IMG/VR virus record: IMGVR_UViG_3300020438_000012
Coordinates: 38,474 to 102,473 of that record
Origin: a virus
DNA: 64,000 nucleotides
Strand: one strand, 5' to 3'
In this document: piece by piece, positions 38,315 to 48,123 of the stretch
Numbering within the stretch: the stretch's first letter is position 1
How the letters are laid out: the number at the start of each line of letters is the position of its first letter
Notes under the pieces: generated by a model
What the model saw: only the letters and a program-made list of their open reading frames with translations
What the model was told of the DNA's origin: nothing
The model's database searches: none
Program-made: the position numbers and the translations under genes

Positions 38315-38352
38315 TTGCCTGCCTTGAAAAAGGCAGGCAATTTTATTATGAT
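38315..38352 (+). terminator. Terminator hairpin overlapping promoter TTGAAA-17-TATGAT
   Basis: TTGCCTGCCTT-GAAA-AAGGCAGGCAA then TTTTATT. Confidence 0.75.
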
Positions 38353-38374
38353 TAGACCAAAGAGAGGTATTAAC

Positions 38375-41300
38375 ATGAGCAAAGTTCCATCTAGGTTTGT
38401 TGGCCTACACGCACATTCCGGCTTTTCAACTTTTGACGGTCTTGGGTATCCGCAAGAGCACATTGACTTTGTTCGTGAAAACGGCATGGATGCATGGTCG
38501 CTAACTGACCATGGTCACATGAATGGTTTCGCTCATGCATATCTGCATTCAGAGAAACTAAATTCTAAGGGTGCAAACTTCAAGTTTATTCCTGGATGTG
38601 AGATGTATGTGCATCCTGATCTTACTGCCTGGAATCTTGATTACGAAATTAAGAGAGCAGCTAAGAAAGGAGATTCACTAGCGCTAGCAAAGCTCCGTCG
38701 CATGCGAGAAGAACTGGTTACGCCACTAAAGGTCCAGACTGACGAAGACGATGAGATCGTTGATATTGCAATTGAAGAAGCCGGTCTTACTGTTGAAAAT
38801 GAGGAAGAAACAAAATCTGGCAAGTTCTACGACCCTATTAAGCGCCGCCATCACCTTGTTGTATTGCCAAAGACCTCTGTAGGCCTCGAGAGACTATTTG
38901 GTCTTGTTAGTCGTGGTTACTCAGAGGGATTTTATAGGTTTCCCCGTGTGGACTACGGCATGCTAAAAGAGGCAGCGAAGGGTGACCATCTTCTTGTTAG
39001 TACAGCATGTCTAGGTGGGCCTCTAGCATATGAAGCTTTTTCACATCTTCAGAAAGTTGAGTTCGATGATTTGAACGCAAAGCTTCTAGACAATCCGGCA
39101 CTTCTAAAAAAGATGATGAATTCGGTTGGCAATGGGTATGAAATGCTTGCCGATGCCGTAGGTAGTCATAACGTCATGCTAGAGATTCAGTTCAACCAAC
39201 TTTCGGCTCAGCATCTTGTCAATAGGGCAATCATTGAGTTTGCTAAGCAAAACGGTCTTTCCGATCAGCTAGTTGTGACTTGTGATTCACACTACGCGCA
39301 TCCAGAACACTGGAAAGAGCGTGAGCTGTACAAGAAGCTTGGATGGCTTAACTACAAGGATTTTGATCCCTCTAAACTTCCTCAGTCAAGAGAAGACTTA
39401 AAGTGTGAACTATATCCTAAGAATGCAAACCAGGTTTGGGAAACTTATCACGCAACAAAGCAAGGTTACGATTTCTACGATGATGATGTTGTTTGCGCAG
39501 CAATCGAAAGAACACATGACATCGCACACGAAGTTATTGGAGATATTCAACCTGATAAGTCAATGAAGCTTCCTTCGTACACAATCCCTGCTGGAAAGAC
39601 AGCAAACGATGCTTTGCTAGAAGCTTCAAAAGATGGGTTGATAAAGAAGAATCTCCACCAAAAGCCGGAGTATGTCTCACGTCTTAAGGAAGAGCTTCAG
39701 GTTATTTTTGATAAGAAGTTCTCTGAGTACTTTCTTACAACAAAGGCAATCATCGATCTTGCCAAGACACAGATGCGAGTTGGCCCAGGCCGTGGTTCCG
39801 GAGCTGGCTCTCTGGTAAACTATGTTCTAGGAATTACGGACGTCGATCCGTTGAAGTACGGTCTTCTATTTTCTCGCTTTATGGATCCCACACGTACTGA
39901 TTATCCCGATATCGACACTGACGTTGGAGACCGCGACAAGCTACTTGGTCTACTTCGAGGTGAGTTTGGTGAAGACAACATTGTACCTATCTCTAACTAC
40001 AATAGGTTTCAACTGAAGTCTCTCGTCAAGGATATTTCACGCTTTTACGGAATAGAGTTTGCAAAGGTAAACCGTGCTCTTGGTCCTCTTGACAAGGACA
40101 TTAAGTCTGGTCTCAAGCGTGACAAAATTCCAATTAACGGACCAATTACCCCTACCCTTGAGTGGGCGCTCGAGTATTCTGAATCTTTTCGCAAGCTAGC
40201 GTCTGAATGTCCAGAGATCATCGAGCCTATCGGGGTTTTGTTTCAACAGAACAAGTCGCTTGGCCGCCACGCTGGAGGTGTCATTGTTTCTGAGAACATC
40301 AAGGAAAGGATGCCGCTTATCCTTTCAAAGGGAGAACTCCAGACTCCGTGGGTAGAAGGCGCCTCCTATAAGCATCTTGAGCACTTTGGCTGGATTAAGT
40401 TTGACCTTCTAGGCCTAGAAACACTTCGAATGATCGATCGAGCCATTGAACTAATCTTGGTACGAAAGCATGGTATTGAAAATCCAACCTATGCAGACGT
40501 TACCGAGTGGTTTGAAAACAACATGGCAAATGAAGTGATTGACTTCGAAGACCCAGAGGTCTACCGTGTCTATGCAGAAGCTAGGTGGGGCGGCGTCTTT
40601 CAGTGCACGAACCACGGCGCGCAGCGTTTGTTTAAAAAGGCTAAGCCAAAATCAATTGAAGAAATTGCTGCGCTGACTTCTATCTACCGACCAGGTCCGC
40701 TTGCAATGAAGATTGACAAAAAGTATTTGCAGTCTAAGGCAGACCCTGATAGCGTTATTTACAAACACCCTATCCTAGAAGAGATTCTTGCACCTACGTT
40801 TGGTCATATTGTCTTTCAGGAACAGACTATGGCAATCGTTAACCGTGTTGCAGGTATTCCACTGAAGGAATGCAACTCTGTTCGGAAGATGATGAAGCCT
40901 CAGCAGTCTTCTGGTGATGCTGCAAAAAAGGCAAAGGCTCTTAAGAGCAAAATCATTGATGGCTTTGTTGGTAACGGTATGGACCAATACGATGCCGAAA
41001 ATCTATACGACGACATCATGAAGTTTACCGCTTACTCGTTCAACAAGTCGCACGCTGTTTCTTACGCTATTGATTCGTTCTACTGCGCTTGGCTGATGAC
41101 TTACTACGAAGAGGAGTGGCTCTGCGCTTATCTTGAGTCGATGGAAGGCAATCCTGACAAGCGCGCAAAGGCATTCAGTGAAGTTGCCGCGCTAGGCTAT
41201 AAGATTGTCCCACTTGATATCAACGAAGCTCAAAAGAGCTGGACAATTCTCAGCGGAAAGAGGTTCATGCCGTCATTTATGTCTTGCAAGGGAGTTGGAG

Positions 41301-41962
41301 AATCTGCTATTGATGAGATCATGGAGAATCGGCCCTATCGCGACGTTAAGTCAATGTTGTGGACTGACGAAGGAAAGTGGCGACACTCCAAGTTTAACAA
41401 GAAGACCATGGAATCGCTGATTCGTATTCGTGCTTTTGAGTCTATGGGAATTGTCGGCAAGGAGTTTGAATCTTATAAACACATGCTCAATACTATGATT
41501 CCGAATTGGAACTCTCTTCGAAAGTCGCTTAAGAGAAATCGGTGGGAAGGATATGACAACTTCATGCGCGTTAGCTTAATAAACTCCGGCATGCCAGAGT
41601 TTACGAAGAATGAGATTATTGCAAACGAGAACGATCTATTCGGGTACGTGAGTCCTGATACTATTATTACCGAAGAACAGATTAGGCGGCTTCGGGATAA
41701 TGATGTAAGACCAATCGGCGAATGGGACAACGAGTGGATGTACTGGTTTGTTCCTACAACCGTTCAGGAAAAGAGAACTCGCAACGGCAAGAACTATCTT
41801 CGAATGAAGGTAACATCAAATGACGGTAACAGCGAATGGATGAACTGCTGGGGCTGGGATGGAAAAACCAAGATTCACCCTTACAGTATCTGCGTTTCAA
41901 TTATTAGCGAGCAAGAAGGTTGGGGCAAGTCTTGCCGTTGGTCTAAGTTCAAGATCATGTAA
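38375..41962 (+). CDS. dnaE: DNA polymerase III alpha subunit (family C)
   Basis: PHP motifs HAHS, TDHG, GCEMY, DSHY; GPGRGSGAGS; PDIDTD; KFDLLGL; YSFNKSHAVSY. Confidence 0.96.
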   Translation: MSKVPSRFVGLHAHSGFSTFDGLGYPQEHIDFVRENGMDAWSLTDHGHMNGFAHAYLHSEKLNSKGANFKFIPGCEMYVHPDLTAWNLDYEIKRAAKKGDSLALAKLRRMREELVTPLKVQTDEDDEIVDIAIEEAGLTVENEEETKSGKFYDPIKRRHHLVVLPKTSVGLERLFGLVSRGYSEGFYRFPRVDYGMLKEAAKGDHLLVSTACLGGPLAYEAFSHLQKVEFDDLNAKLLDNPALLKKMMNSVGNGYEMLADAVGSHNVMLEIQFNQLSAQHLVNRAIIEFAKQNGLSDQLVVTCDSHYAHPEHWKERELYKKLGWLNYKDFDPSKLPQSREDLKCELYPKNANQVWETYHATKQGYDFYDDDVVCAAIERTHDIAHEVIGDIQPDKSMKLPSYTIPAGKTANDALLEASKDGLIKKNLHQKPEYVSRLKEELQVIFDKKFSEYFLTTKAIIDLAKTQMRVGPGRGSGAGSLVNYVLGITDVDPLKYGLLFSRFMDPTRTDYPDIDTDVGDRDKLLGLLRGEFGEDNIVPISNYNRFQLKSLVKDISRFYGIEFAKVNRALGPLDKDIKSGLKRDKIPINGPITPTLEWALEYSESFRKLASECPEIIEPIGVLFQQNKSLGRHAGGVIVSENIKERMPLILSKGELQTPWVEGASYKHLEHFGWIKFDLLGLETLRMIDRAIELILVRKHGIENPTYADVTEWFENNMANEVIDFEDPEVYRVYAEARWGGVFQCTNHGAQRLFKKAKPKSIEEIAALTSIYRPGPLAMKIDKKYLQSKADPDSVIYKHPILEEILAPTFGHIVFQEQTMAIVNRVAGIPLKECNSVRKMMKPQQSSGDAAKKAKALKSKIIDGFVGNGMDQYDAENLYDDIMKFTAYSFNKSHAVSYAIDSFYCAWLMTYYEEEWLCAYLESMEGNPDKRAKAFSEVAALGYKIVPLDINEAQKSWTILSGKRFMPSFMSCKGVGESAIDEIMENRPYRDVKSMLWTDEGKWRHSKFNKKTMESLIRIRAFESMGIVGKEFESYKHMLNTMIPNWNSLRKSLKRNRWEGYDNFMRVSLINSGMPEFTKNEIIANENDLFGYVSPDTIITEEQIRRLRDNDVRPIGEWDNEWMYWFVPTTVQEKRTRNGKNYLRMKVTSNDGNSEWMNCWGWDGKTKIHPYSICVSIISEQEGWGKSCRWSKFKIM

Positions 41963-41985
41963 AAGTAAAAAGACAAACGTATAAT
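41957..41985 (+). promoter_or_regulatory. Sigma70-like promoter ATGTAA-17-TATAAT
   Basis: Perfect -10 box and 17-nt spacer before the nucleotide-metabolism operon. Confidence 0.6.
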
Positions 41986-42000
41986 CAGTAAAGGAAAAAC

Positions 42001-42879
42001 ATGCAAACATACAAGAATCTAAACGAAGCCTTTGTCGAATCTCTAAAGTTGTTAAACAAAGGCTCGATCGTGAATTCTAGAGGTTCAAAGCAGAAAGAGA
42101 TTCTTTGGCACTCAATGATGATCGAAGATCCAACCGCTCTTTCTATCGAAGTTCCAGCTAGAAAGTTTCGCCCTTCGTATGCCGTGGCAGAATGGCTCTG
42201 GTATCTTTCTGAAGACCGCAATGTTGAGAACATTGGTAAACTAGCCAGCATTTGGCAAAGAATCGCCAATGATAAAAATGAAGTTGAATCGAATTATGGA
42301 TTCTGGATTCACGGACTTGAGAATAGCAAGACAGGAAAGAACCAGTGGGACTGGGTTGTTGAAGAGCTATTGAATGATTGTGATACAAGGCGAGCCAGTG
42401 TTACTATCAATCAATCTCATCACAAAGGTCAAAATAATTCCGATTATCCATGCACGCAATACATTCACTTCTTTATTCGTGACAACAAGCTGCATCTAGG
42501 CGTTCACATGAGATCTAATGATGCAGTCTTTGGTTTCTGCAATGACGTGTTTACGTTCTGCATGTATCAGCAGTTAATGCTTAACGAGCTTAATGCAAGG
42601 GTTTCTGGAGATAAGATCGAGCTAGGGCACTATTACCATTCAGCAGGTTCGTTTCATATTTACGAATCTCACTTTGCAATGATGGACAAGATCGTTGCAA
42701 ATTATGGAGCCAACCATCCTGACAGTATTCCTTACCCAGATCTTAAGAAGTACACGCTTCGTGATTCACTAACTCGCAATAAGTTGTGGCAAATGCACGT
42801 GAATCTACCATCATATAAACTTACAAAGGAAGAGATCAATACTCGGACCGAAGAAAAAATGGAGTTAATCTATGTCTAA
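42001..42879 (+). CDS. Thymidylate-synthase-family enzyme, possibly a dCMP hydroxymethyl/methyl-transferase
   Basis: DTRRA, catalytic YPCT, MRSNDAVFGFCND, GSFHIY. Confidence 0.8.
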   Translation: MQTYKNLNEAFVESLKLLNKGSIVNSRGSKQKEILWHSMMIEDPTALSIEVPARKFRPSYAVAEWLWYLSEDRNVENIGKLASIWQRIANDKNEVESNYGFWIHGLENSKTGKNQWDWVVEELLNDCDTRRASVTINQSHHKGQNNSDYPCTQYIHFFIRDNKLHLGVHMRSNDAVFGFCNDVFTFCMYQQLMLNELNARVSGDKIELGHYYHSAGSFHIYESHFAMMDKIVANYGANHPDSIPYPDLKKYTLRDSLTRNKLWQMHVNLPSYKLTKEEINTRTEEKMELIYV

Positions 42880-43141
42880 CATTTTAGAACAAGCAAATGA
42901 AATCGTCAATAATCGTTCTGAAGAAAAAGAGCGTGAGTACGGACCATTTGGTGAGGGCATGAAGCGAGCAGCAAAGATTGCCTCAGGGATGTCCGGCAAG
43001 GACATGACTAGTCATGATATGTACATTGCACTAGTTGCACTAAAGCTAAGCCGCCAGTCTTACAATTTTAAGAAAGATAACCTGCTGGATGCCGTTGCAT
43101 ACCTCGGCGCCTGGCAAAATCACATTGAGGGAAAGTCATGA
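42872..43141 (+). CDS. DUF6378-like all-alpha protein (possible NTP pyrophosphatase)
   Basis: ILEQANEIVNNR..EREYG…LKLSR…DNLLDAVAY pattern. Confidence 0.55.
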   Translation: MSNILEQANEIVNNRSEEKEREYGPFGEGMKRAAKIASGMSGKDMTSHDMYIALVALKLSRQSYNFKKDNLLDAVAYLGAWQNHIEGKS

Positions 43142-43575
43142 GAATCAGCAAGGTTAGAGAAGTAAAGACTCCGACGCGTGGTACAGATAAGAGCGCAGGA
43201 ATTGACTTCTACGTTCCGCGTAGTACAGAATACATAACGCTAAGTCCTGGAGAGTCCTGTCTTATCCCGAGCGGCATTAAAGCCGATGTCCCAAAGGATC
43301 ATGCACTAATTGCGTTTAACAAGAGCGGGGTCGCCGTTAAGAAAGGTTTGCACGTTGGTGCATCCGTAGTTGACGAAGACTATCAGGGCGAGATACATAT
43401 TAACCTGATGAACGTAAGCGACAAAGAGGTTGTAATCTCCCCTGGAGAAAAAATTATTCAGTTTCTTTTAGTACCTGTTTTTTATGACAGCATTGAAGTT
43501 GTAGAAGAAGAAAACTTATTCAAAGCCGTGACTGAGCGTGGCACCGGCGGATTTGGAAGTACAGGGGTTTCCTGA
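43138..43575 (+). CDS. dut: Trimeric dUTPase
   Basis: SAGID, KSG, VVDEDYQGEI, GEKIIQ, RGTGGFGSTG. Confidence 0.93.
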   Translation: MRISKVREVKTPTRGTDKSAGIDFYVPRSTEYITLSPGESCLIPSGIKADVPKDHALIAFNKSGVAVKKGLHVGASVVDEDYQGEIHINLMNVSDKEVVISPGEKIIQFLLVPVFYDSIEVVEEENLFKAVTERGTGGFGSTGVS

Positions 43576-44417
43576 TGACAGTTGCCAGACCGAGTGAAGT
43601 AGATTGCGTAATTTATCATGCTAATTGCAACGATGGGTTCGGAGCTGCTTTTTCTGCTTGGAAATTTCTTGGTAATAGGGCGGAATACCATGCGTGCAGT
43701 CACGGTGATCCGCCTCCGGACGTAAAAGGAAAGAACGTTGCAGTTCTTGACTTTTCGTTCAACAATGCAACCACAAAGAGGATGATCGAAGAAGCAGAAA
43801 GTTTCATCATCATTGATCACCACAAGTCTGCAATGGTTGAACTCCATGACGTCTCGCACGCCATGTTTGATATGAACCACAGTGGTGCAATGCTAGCTTG
43901 GAACTTTTTTCACCCTGGAAAGGAATCACCAAAGTTTATTCAGTACATTGAAGACAGGGACCTTTGGAAGTGGGAGCTTCCATACAGCAAAGAGTTCAGT
44001 GCTGCCTTTGACATGGTCCCGTGGGAGTTTGAAGAGTACGAGAAGTTTGAAGACGACAGCGTTTTTGATGATGCAGTCAAGCGCGGATCGTTTATTCTTG
44101 CATACTCTAAGACCGTTGTGAAGAAAGTTTGCGAACGAGCACAGCCTAGAAAGCTAGGTGGACATAATGTTCTGATAGTTAACTCGCCTCACTGGATGTC
44201 GGAGATTGGATCTAGGCTAGCTCCCGATTGCGACTTTGCCGTAATCTGGTACTGGGATCATTCAGATCATATGACCAAGGTTTCCCTTAGGGCATTCCAT
44301 GAGACGGTCGATGTTAGTGAGATTGCCAAGAAGTTCGGAGGCGGCGGTCATAAAAAGGCTGCCGGTTTTACTCTGCCTGCTGGAAAGCACATCGAGGAGA
44401 TTTTTGATGCGCCCTAG
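43575..44417 (+). CDS. DHH/DHHA1 family phosphoesterase
   Basis: YHANCNDG, IIDHH, SLR, GGGGHKKAAG. Confidence 0.85.
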   Translation: MTVARPSEVDCVIYHANCNDGFGAAFSAWKFLGNRAEYHACSHGDPPPDVKGKNVAVLDFSFNNATTKRMIEEAESFIIIDHHKSAMVELHDVSHAMFDMNHSGAMLAWNFFHPGKESPKFIQYIEDRDLWKWELPYSKEFSAAFDMVPWEFEEYEKFEDDSVFDDAVKRGSFILAYSKTVVKKVCERAQPRKLGGHNVLIVNSPHWMSEIGSRLAPDCDFAVIWYWDHSDHMTKVSLRAFHETVDVSEIAKKFGGGGHKKAAGFTLPAGKHIEEIFDAP

Positions 44418-44814
44418 TTGGGACAAAATCTGGATGAGGTTTGCAAAGTCAGTTTCAGAAAGATCTTACGATCCTCGCTTTAAAGTTGGGTCTGTTGTAG
44501 TAACATCAGACAACACACAGGTACTTGCCATGGGCTACAATGGCAACTACGCTGGTGGTCCAAACGAAGCAGAGTCTGCAGAACCTGGTAAATCCGGTAT
44601 GCTACACTCCGAAATTAATGCTCTCATTAAGCTTGATTACAACAATCCAAAAAAGAAAAAGCTGTATGTCACATTGTCGCCATGTAGAATGTGTGCTAAA
44701 GCCATCATCAATGCTGGAATCAGTGAAGTAATCTACGGCGAGCAGTATCGTGACAGTAGCGGCATCGAACTACTAGAGTCTGTTGGGATCCTAGTCAGGA
44801 GAACACATATTTAG
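44407..44814 (+). CDS. dCMP deaminase family protein
   Basis: MGYNG, HSEINAL, TLSPCRMCAKAII. Confidence 0.88.
   Translation: MRPSWDKIWMRFAKSVSERSYDPRFKVGSVVVTSDNTQVLAMGYNGNYAGGPNEAESAEPGKSGMLHSEINALIKLDYNNPKKKKLYVTLSPCRMCAKAIINAGISEVIYGEQYRDSSGIELLESVGILVRRTHI
44807..44814 (+). promoter_or_regulatory. Putative late promoter ATATTTAG
   Basis: Upstream of the 44831 operon. Confidence 0.55.
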
Positions 44815-44830
44815 TCTTGAGGAATAACTT

Positions 44831-46057
44831 ATGTCCGATAAAGAGTTTTCGATAAGGCTTGCAGAAAAAGCCTACAGAATTGCATACTTCGATGCAGGGA
44901 ACATTATTTCCGAAGGTAACATTTCAATTCTTACCGAGCGCGTAACAGACAAAGAGGTCGAACGACTAAAGAAGAATTTGGATGCTACAAAGAAAGCAAT
45001 GGACGATCTAAGGAAAATGGTCCCTGAGCAAATGACCAACGTCACTTTGTATCTAGATAAAATTGATGCTGAGTTTGGTGACATAAACCCTGCAAAAATT
45101 AAACTAGTTGGAAACAAGAAGAGGGTTGCAAAAATTATTGGCAGTGCTGCATCTGCAATTGAAAAAATGCAAAGCATAACTCAGAGCGTTACAACTGCAT
45201 TTGAGGATCTTAAGTCAGCAATTGCCGCAGATAGTTTAGCAAAGCAGTCGCTTAAAGCTAACGCCAAAGATGTAAGGCAGCTTTCCATCGAACAATTTAT
45301 GGAAAAGCATGATGGACTCGGGTCTCTTGATGATGCAACATTTCGGAAGGGAATCAAGAACGCTTATAGAAAACCGCCTAAAGCAAAAGGTTTTTTTGCT
45401 AAAATCGTAAGAGCTCTAGGGTTCGAGGCACTGCCACCATCAGACGCTAAGTTTGTTGAAGACTTGATGAAAATTCCTCTAGAAAAAATTATTGCGTGGA
45501 AACCAACTCCTGCGATGGGGGGAGTTTCGACGCCTGAGGCCGATGATGCCGTTGGCGATGCAACCAATGCCGTGGTTGATGACGTCGAAGATCTTTATGG
45601 TGCCGGCGGTCGTACCGAAACGCCGGCGGAACAGCCAGTTAAACCAAGTAAATCAAATGAACCAGCTGAACCAGATGAACCAGATGAGACCGGTGAAGCG
45701 GAGGAAGCGGAGGAAGTAGAGCCGCAAGAAGAAGAGGCCGAGCTACCAAGGCTTTCAGATCTTTTATTTGAGCCTATTGATCCTGAAAACAAGGAGAAAG
45801 GCATGAGAGTAAAAGAGCCAGAGGGAGAAGCTGCAAAGGCAATAGAGATTGCCTTAAATAACATTGCAGACACAAGCCTTCGTTCAAGCTATCAGGGGCT
45901 TAAAAATAGTCCAAACACTGCAAACAGGAGAAGCTTTATGAGCAACCTCAGTAATCTAAAGGGGGCTCTTGAAAAAGTCAAGATGGAATCTAAGAAAGAA
46001 AACGGCGACCTCATTGTAGAAAGATGGAGCAAACTAGCGGGTATGGAAAATGAATAA
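44831..46057 (+). CDS. Hypothetical protein (putative virion / internal protein)
   Basis: Glu/Pro-rich linker; C-terminal MES…ERWSKLAGM. Confidence 0.7.
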   Translation: MSDKEFSIRLAEKAYRIAYFDAGNIISEGNISILTERVTDKEVERLKKNLDATKKAMDDLRKMVPEQMTNVTLYLDKIDAEFGDINPAKIKLVGNKKRVAKIIGSAASAIEKMQSITQSVTTAFEDLKSAIAADSLAKQSLKANAKDVRQLSIEQFMEKHDGLGSLDDATFRKGIKNAYRKPPKAKGFFAKIVRALGFEALPPSDAKFVEDLMKIPLEKIIAWKPTPAMGGVSTPEADDAVGDATNAVVDDVEDLYGAGGRTETPAEQPVKPSKSNEPAEPDEPDETGEAEEAEEVEPQEEEAELPRLSDLLFEPIDPENKEKGMRVKEPEGEAAKAIEIALNNIADTSLRSSYQGLKNSPNTANRRSFMSNLSNLKGALEKVKMESKKENGDLIVERWSKLAGMENE

Positions 46058-46334
46058 AACAATTTTAGAATCAATGAGAAGAGTAATGCTTCGAAGGATT
46101 GTTGAAAACCTAGACGAAGCAGACGTAACCGATTCGCGCGGAAACATTGTAATCAGTAAAGATCTTAAAATTCGGCATGTTCCTTCACAGTTTGAATACA
46201 CGGTTGCAGACGTCATCCACGGTCGCGATGGAATTCAGATAGTTTTAAGATCTCCAGAGTCATCTAGATTCGAACCTGGCACAGATCTCGTAATTTCTGA
46301 AGACGAGTTTGAAAAAGAATACGAGGTGAAATAA
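46050..46334 (+). CDS. Hypothetical protein
   Basis: Coupled ORF; N-terminal ILE…IVE..LDE motifs. Confidence 0.65.
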   Translation: MNKTILESMRRVMLRRIVENLDEADVTDSRGNIVISKDLKIRHVPSQFEYTVADVIHGRDGIQIVLRSPESSRFEPGTDLVISEDEFEKEYEVK

Positions 46335-47035
46335 TGAAGCTCAAATTTGATGATCTTGAATTAAGAGAGCTACGTAATGTAGTTAGGAAGAATACACACG
46401 TTGTAACAATGAACGAAGCATACGTGGTTCAATCCCCGAAAAACAGAATTGAGACCGAAGCACTAAGCGAGAAGTCTAAAAAGATTCTACAGAGCAAGTT
46501 AGATCTCTATGCTTCGGAATTAAATTTTGTCAGCGCCAAGCTTGACTCAACAGCCCGTGACGTTGCAATGCCCGATGCATCTGCATACAACTCCCTGAAG
46601 GCTCAGGAAGGCCGTCTGCTGCAACTTAGTTTTTTCCTAGGTTTGCACTCAACGAATATTGGAGACCCTCAGTCAAGCCTCGCCATGGACACCCTGACAT
46701 ACATGAGACTCGAGAGGGATTGGGGAACGTTTGATTCTTGGCAGAAAGATTTTATTGCATGCGCAATGACTGCAGGTAACTTTGCTGTAACGGCATACAG
46801 CTATGACCTTCGAAGATACATGAACCTAGTTGTTGACAGCATGCACGCTCTTCCACCAAATGTTACACCGGTTATTAGCTTGGCTGTAATGCCCGATCTA
46901 TACGTTAGAGACTATCTTGATGATAGAAAATCATATGTCTTTTCAATGATTAAAGAACTCAACTGGGATAAGATCGATGCAAGGTTCAAAAGAGCAGAAA
47001 GAGCTGCCGCAGCCTATGAAGGAAGGGAACGATGA
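46334..47035 (+). CDS. Fe/Mn superoxide dismutase-like protein, probably inactive
   Basis: ERDWGTFDSWQKDF and PVISLAV…YV..MIKELNWDKI; the DxWEHAY ligand motif is replaced. Confidence 0.6.
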   Translation: MKLKFDDLELRELRNVVRKNTHVVTMNEAYVVQSPKNRIETEALSEKSKKILQSKLDLYASELNFVSAKLDSTARDVAMPDASAYNSLKAQEGRLLQLSFFLGLHSTNIGDPQSSLAMDTLTYMRLERDWGTFDSWQKDFIACAMTAGNFAVTAYSYDLRRYMNLVVDSMHALPPNVTPVISLAVMPDLYVRDYLDDRKSYVFSMIKELNWDKIDARFKRAERAAAAYEGRER

Positions 47036-47637
47036 GACTAAATTTTGACAAGGCAAGACGGGCAATGCTGAACGAAGACATCTCGACCGTGGGTGCTACA
47101 CCTTCCGAAGAAGTTGCAATGGATTCAATCGAGGCCGGCCGAGAGTCGCGTGAGTTTGCCGAAGCAGATATTATTCGTGAACAAGAAGAGGAAGAAGAAG
47201 AGGAGAGCGACGACGAGGACGAAGTTGAAGAAGTTTCTCCGGATGACAAAGAATCTCTAGAAAAATCTGTAGACGATGCTATCGAAGGAATCTTGGTAGA
47301 CTATGAATCTAATGCAAGAAAATCGGCTGAGCTTCAAACCGAGTCAAGGTATTCTCTTAGGCGCTACCTCTTAACGGAAGCTGATGACAAACTTGATGTT
47401 GACATGTTCTCATCAGACGTCGCTAGACTAATAAAAAACTACGATACGCTTCTTGACATGGAAGCCATCATTATCAATAAGGCTATACAGTTCTTAGAAA
47501 AGAATTATGATTCAGATATAGCTGAGGAATTTGTCGAACTGCTCGATGTTCGACATGACATTTCGATCGGTGAAGATCCTGATGAGTTGGAGCAACCAAT
47601 TGCCGTAGGCGCGTCAGGAGGCGGAGGAGCTGCTTGA
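47032..47637 (+). CDS. Acidic hypothetical protein
   Basis: Coupled ORF with a poly-Glu tract. Confidence 0.7.
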   Translation: MRLNFDKARRAMLNEDISTVGATPSEEVAMDSIEAGRESREFAEADIIREQEEEEEEESDDEDEVEEVSPDDKESLEKSVDDAIEGILVDYESNARKSAELQTESRYSLRRYLLTEADDKLDVDMFSSDVARLIKNYDTLLDMEAIIINKAIQFLEKNYDSDIAEEFVELLDVRHDISIGEDPDELEQPIAVGASGGGGAA

Positions 47638-47915
47638 GTCAGTTTAACGATTTTGAGACTCGCGTCTCAACTCACATTGCACTTGAAAAATGGTGTCATG
47701 GAGAGTTCAGAAAACTTCTTATTGACTACAATCTGTCAATGCAGGAAGTTTTTCGAGAGTTTGTTTCAAGAACTGTGTCAAAAGACAAGTACATCATCGA
47801 TATGCTAGAAAGATTAGAATACGAGAAAAGAAACAAAATCGTTAAAAAGAGAGTTGCAAAAGCCGATGCTGAATCTATTTTCAAAGAGATTGAACAATCA
47901 ACGCCTTTTGGGTGA
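47634..47915 (+). CDS. Hypothetical protein
   Basis: TTG start overlapping the previous stop, GGAGG upstream. Confidence 0.6.
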   Translation: MSQFNDFETRVSTHIALEKWCHGEFRKLLIDYNLSMQEVFREFVSRTVSKDKYIIDMLERLEYEKRNKIVKKRVAKADAESIFKEIEQSTPFG

Positions 47916-48123
47916 GGTTGATGATCTAAAAAAAAGAATTGATGAGCTTGAAGAAGAAAATCAAAAGCTTGTATCTGCATTAAGGAAAACCCAAGACGTT
48001 GTAGCCGCAGTGTCAAAAGCTCAAAGCGAATTTATAGTAGAGTTCAACCGGGTGCTTTTGCCGGTTCTGGATGCAGCCAGAGAATCTCACCAGGTGTTTT
48101 TTCAAGATGAAGATTGGAACTAA
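47908..48123 (+). CDS. Short coiled-coil protein
   Basis: DDLKKRIDELEEENQKL; start uncertain. Confidence 0.5.
   Translation: MGEVDDLKKRIDELEEENQKLVSALRKTQDVVAAVSKAQSEFIVEFNRVLLPVLDAARESHQVFFQDEDWN

Noticed and set aside
33533-41962. Inteins or introns in helicase, nrdJ or dnaE
   Set aside because: ORFs are continuous and of ordinary length with no splice-junction or homing-endonuclease motifs; the DnaE PHP insertion is short and lacks intein features.
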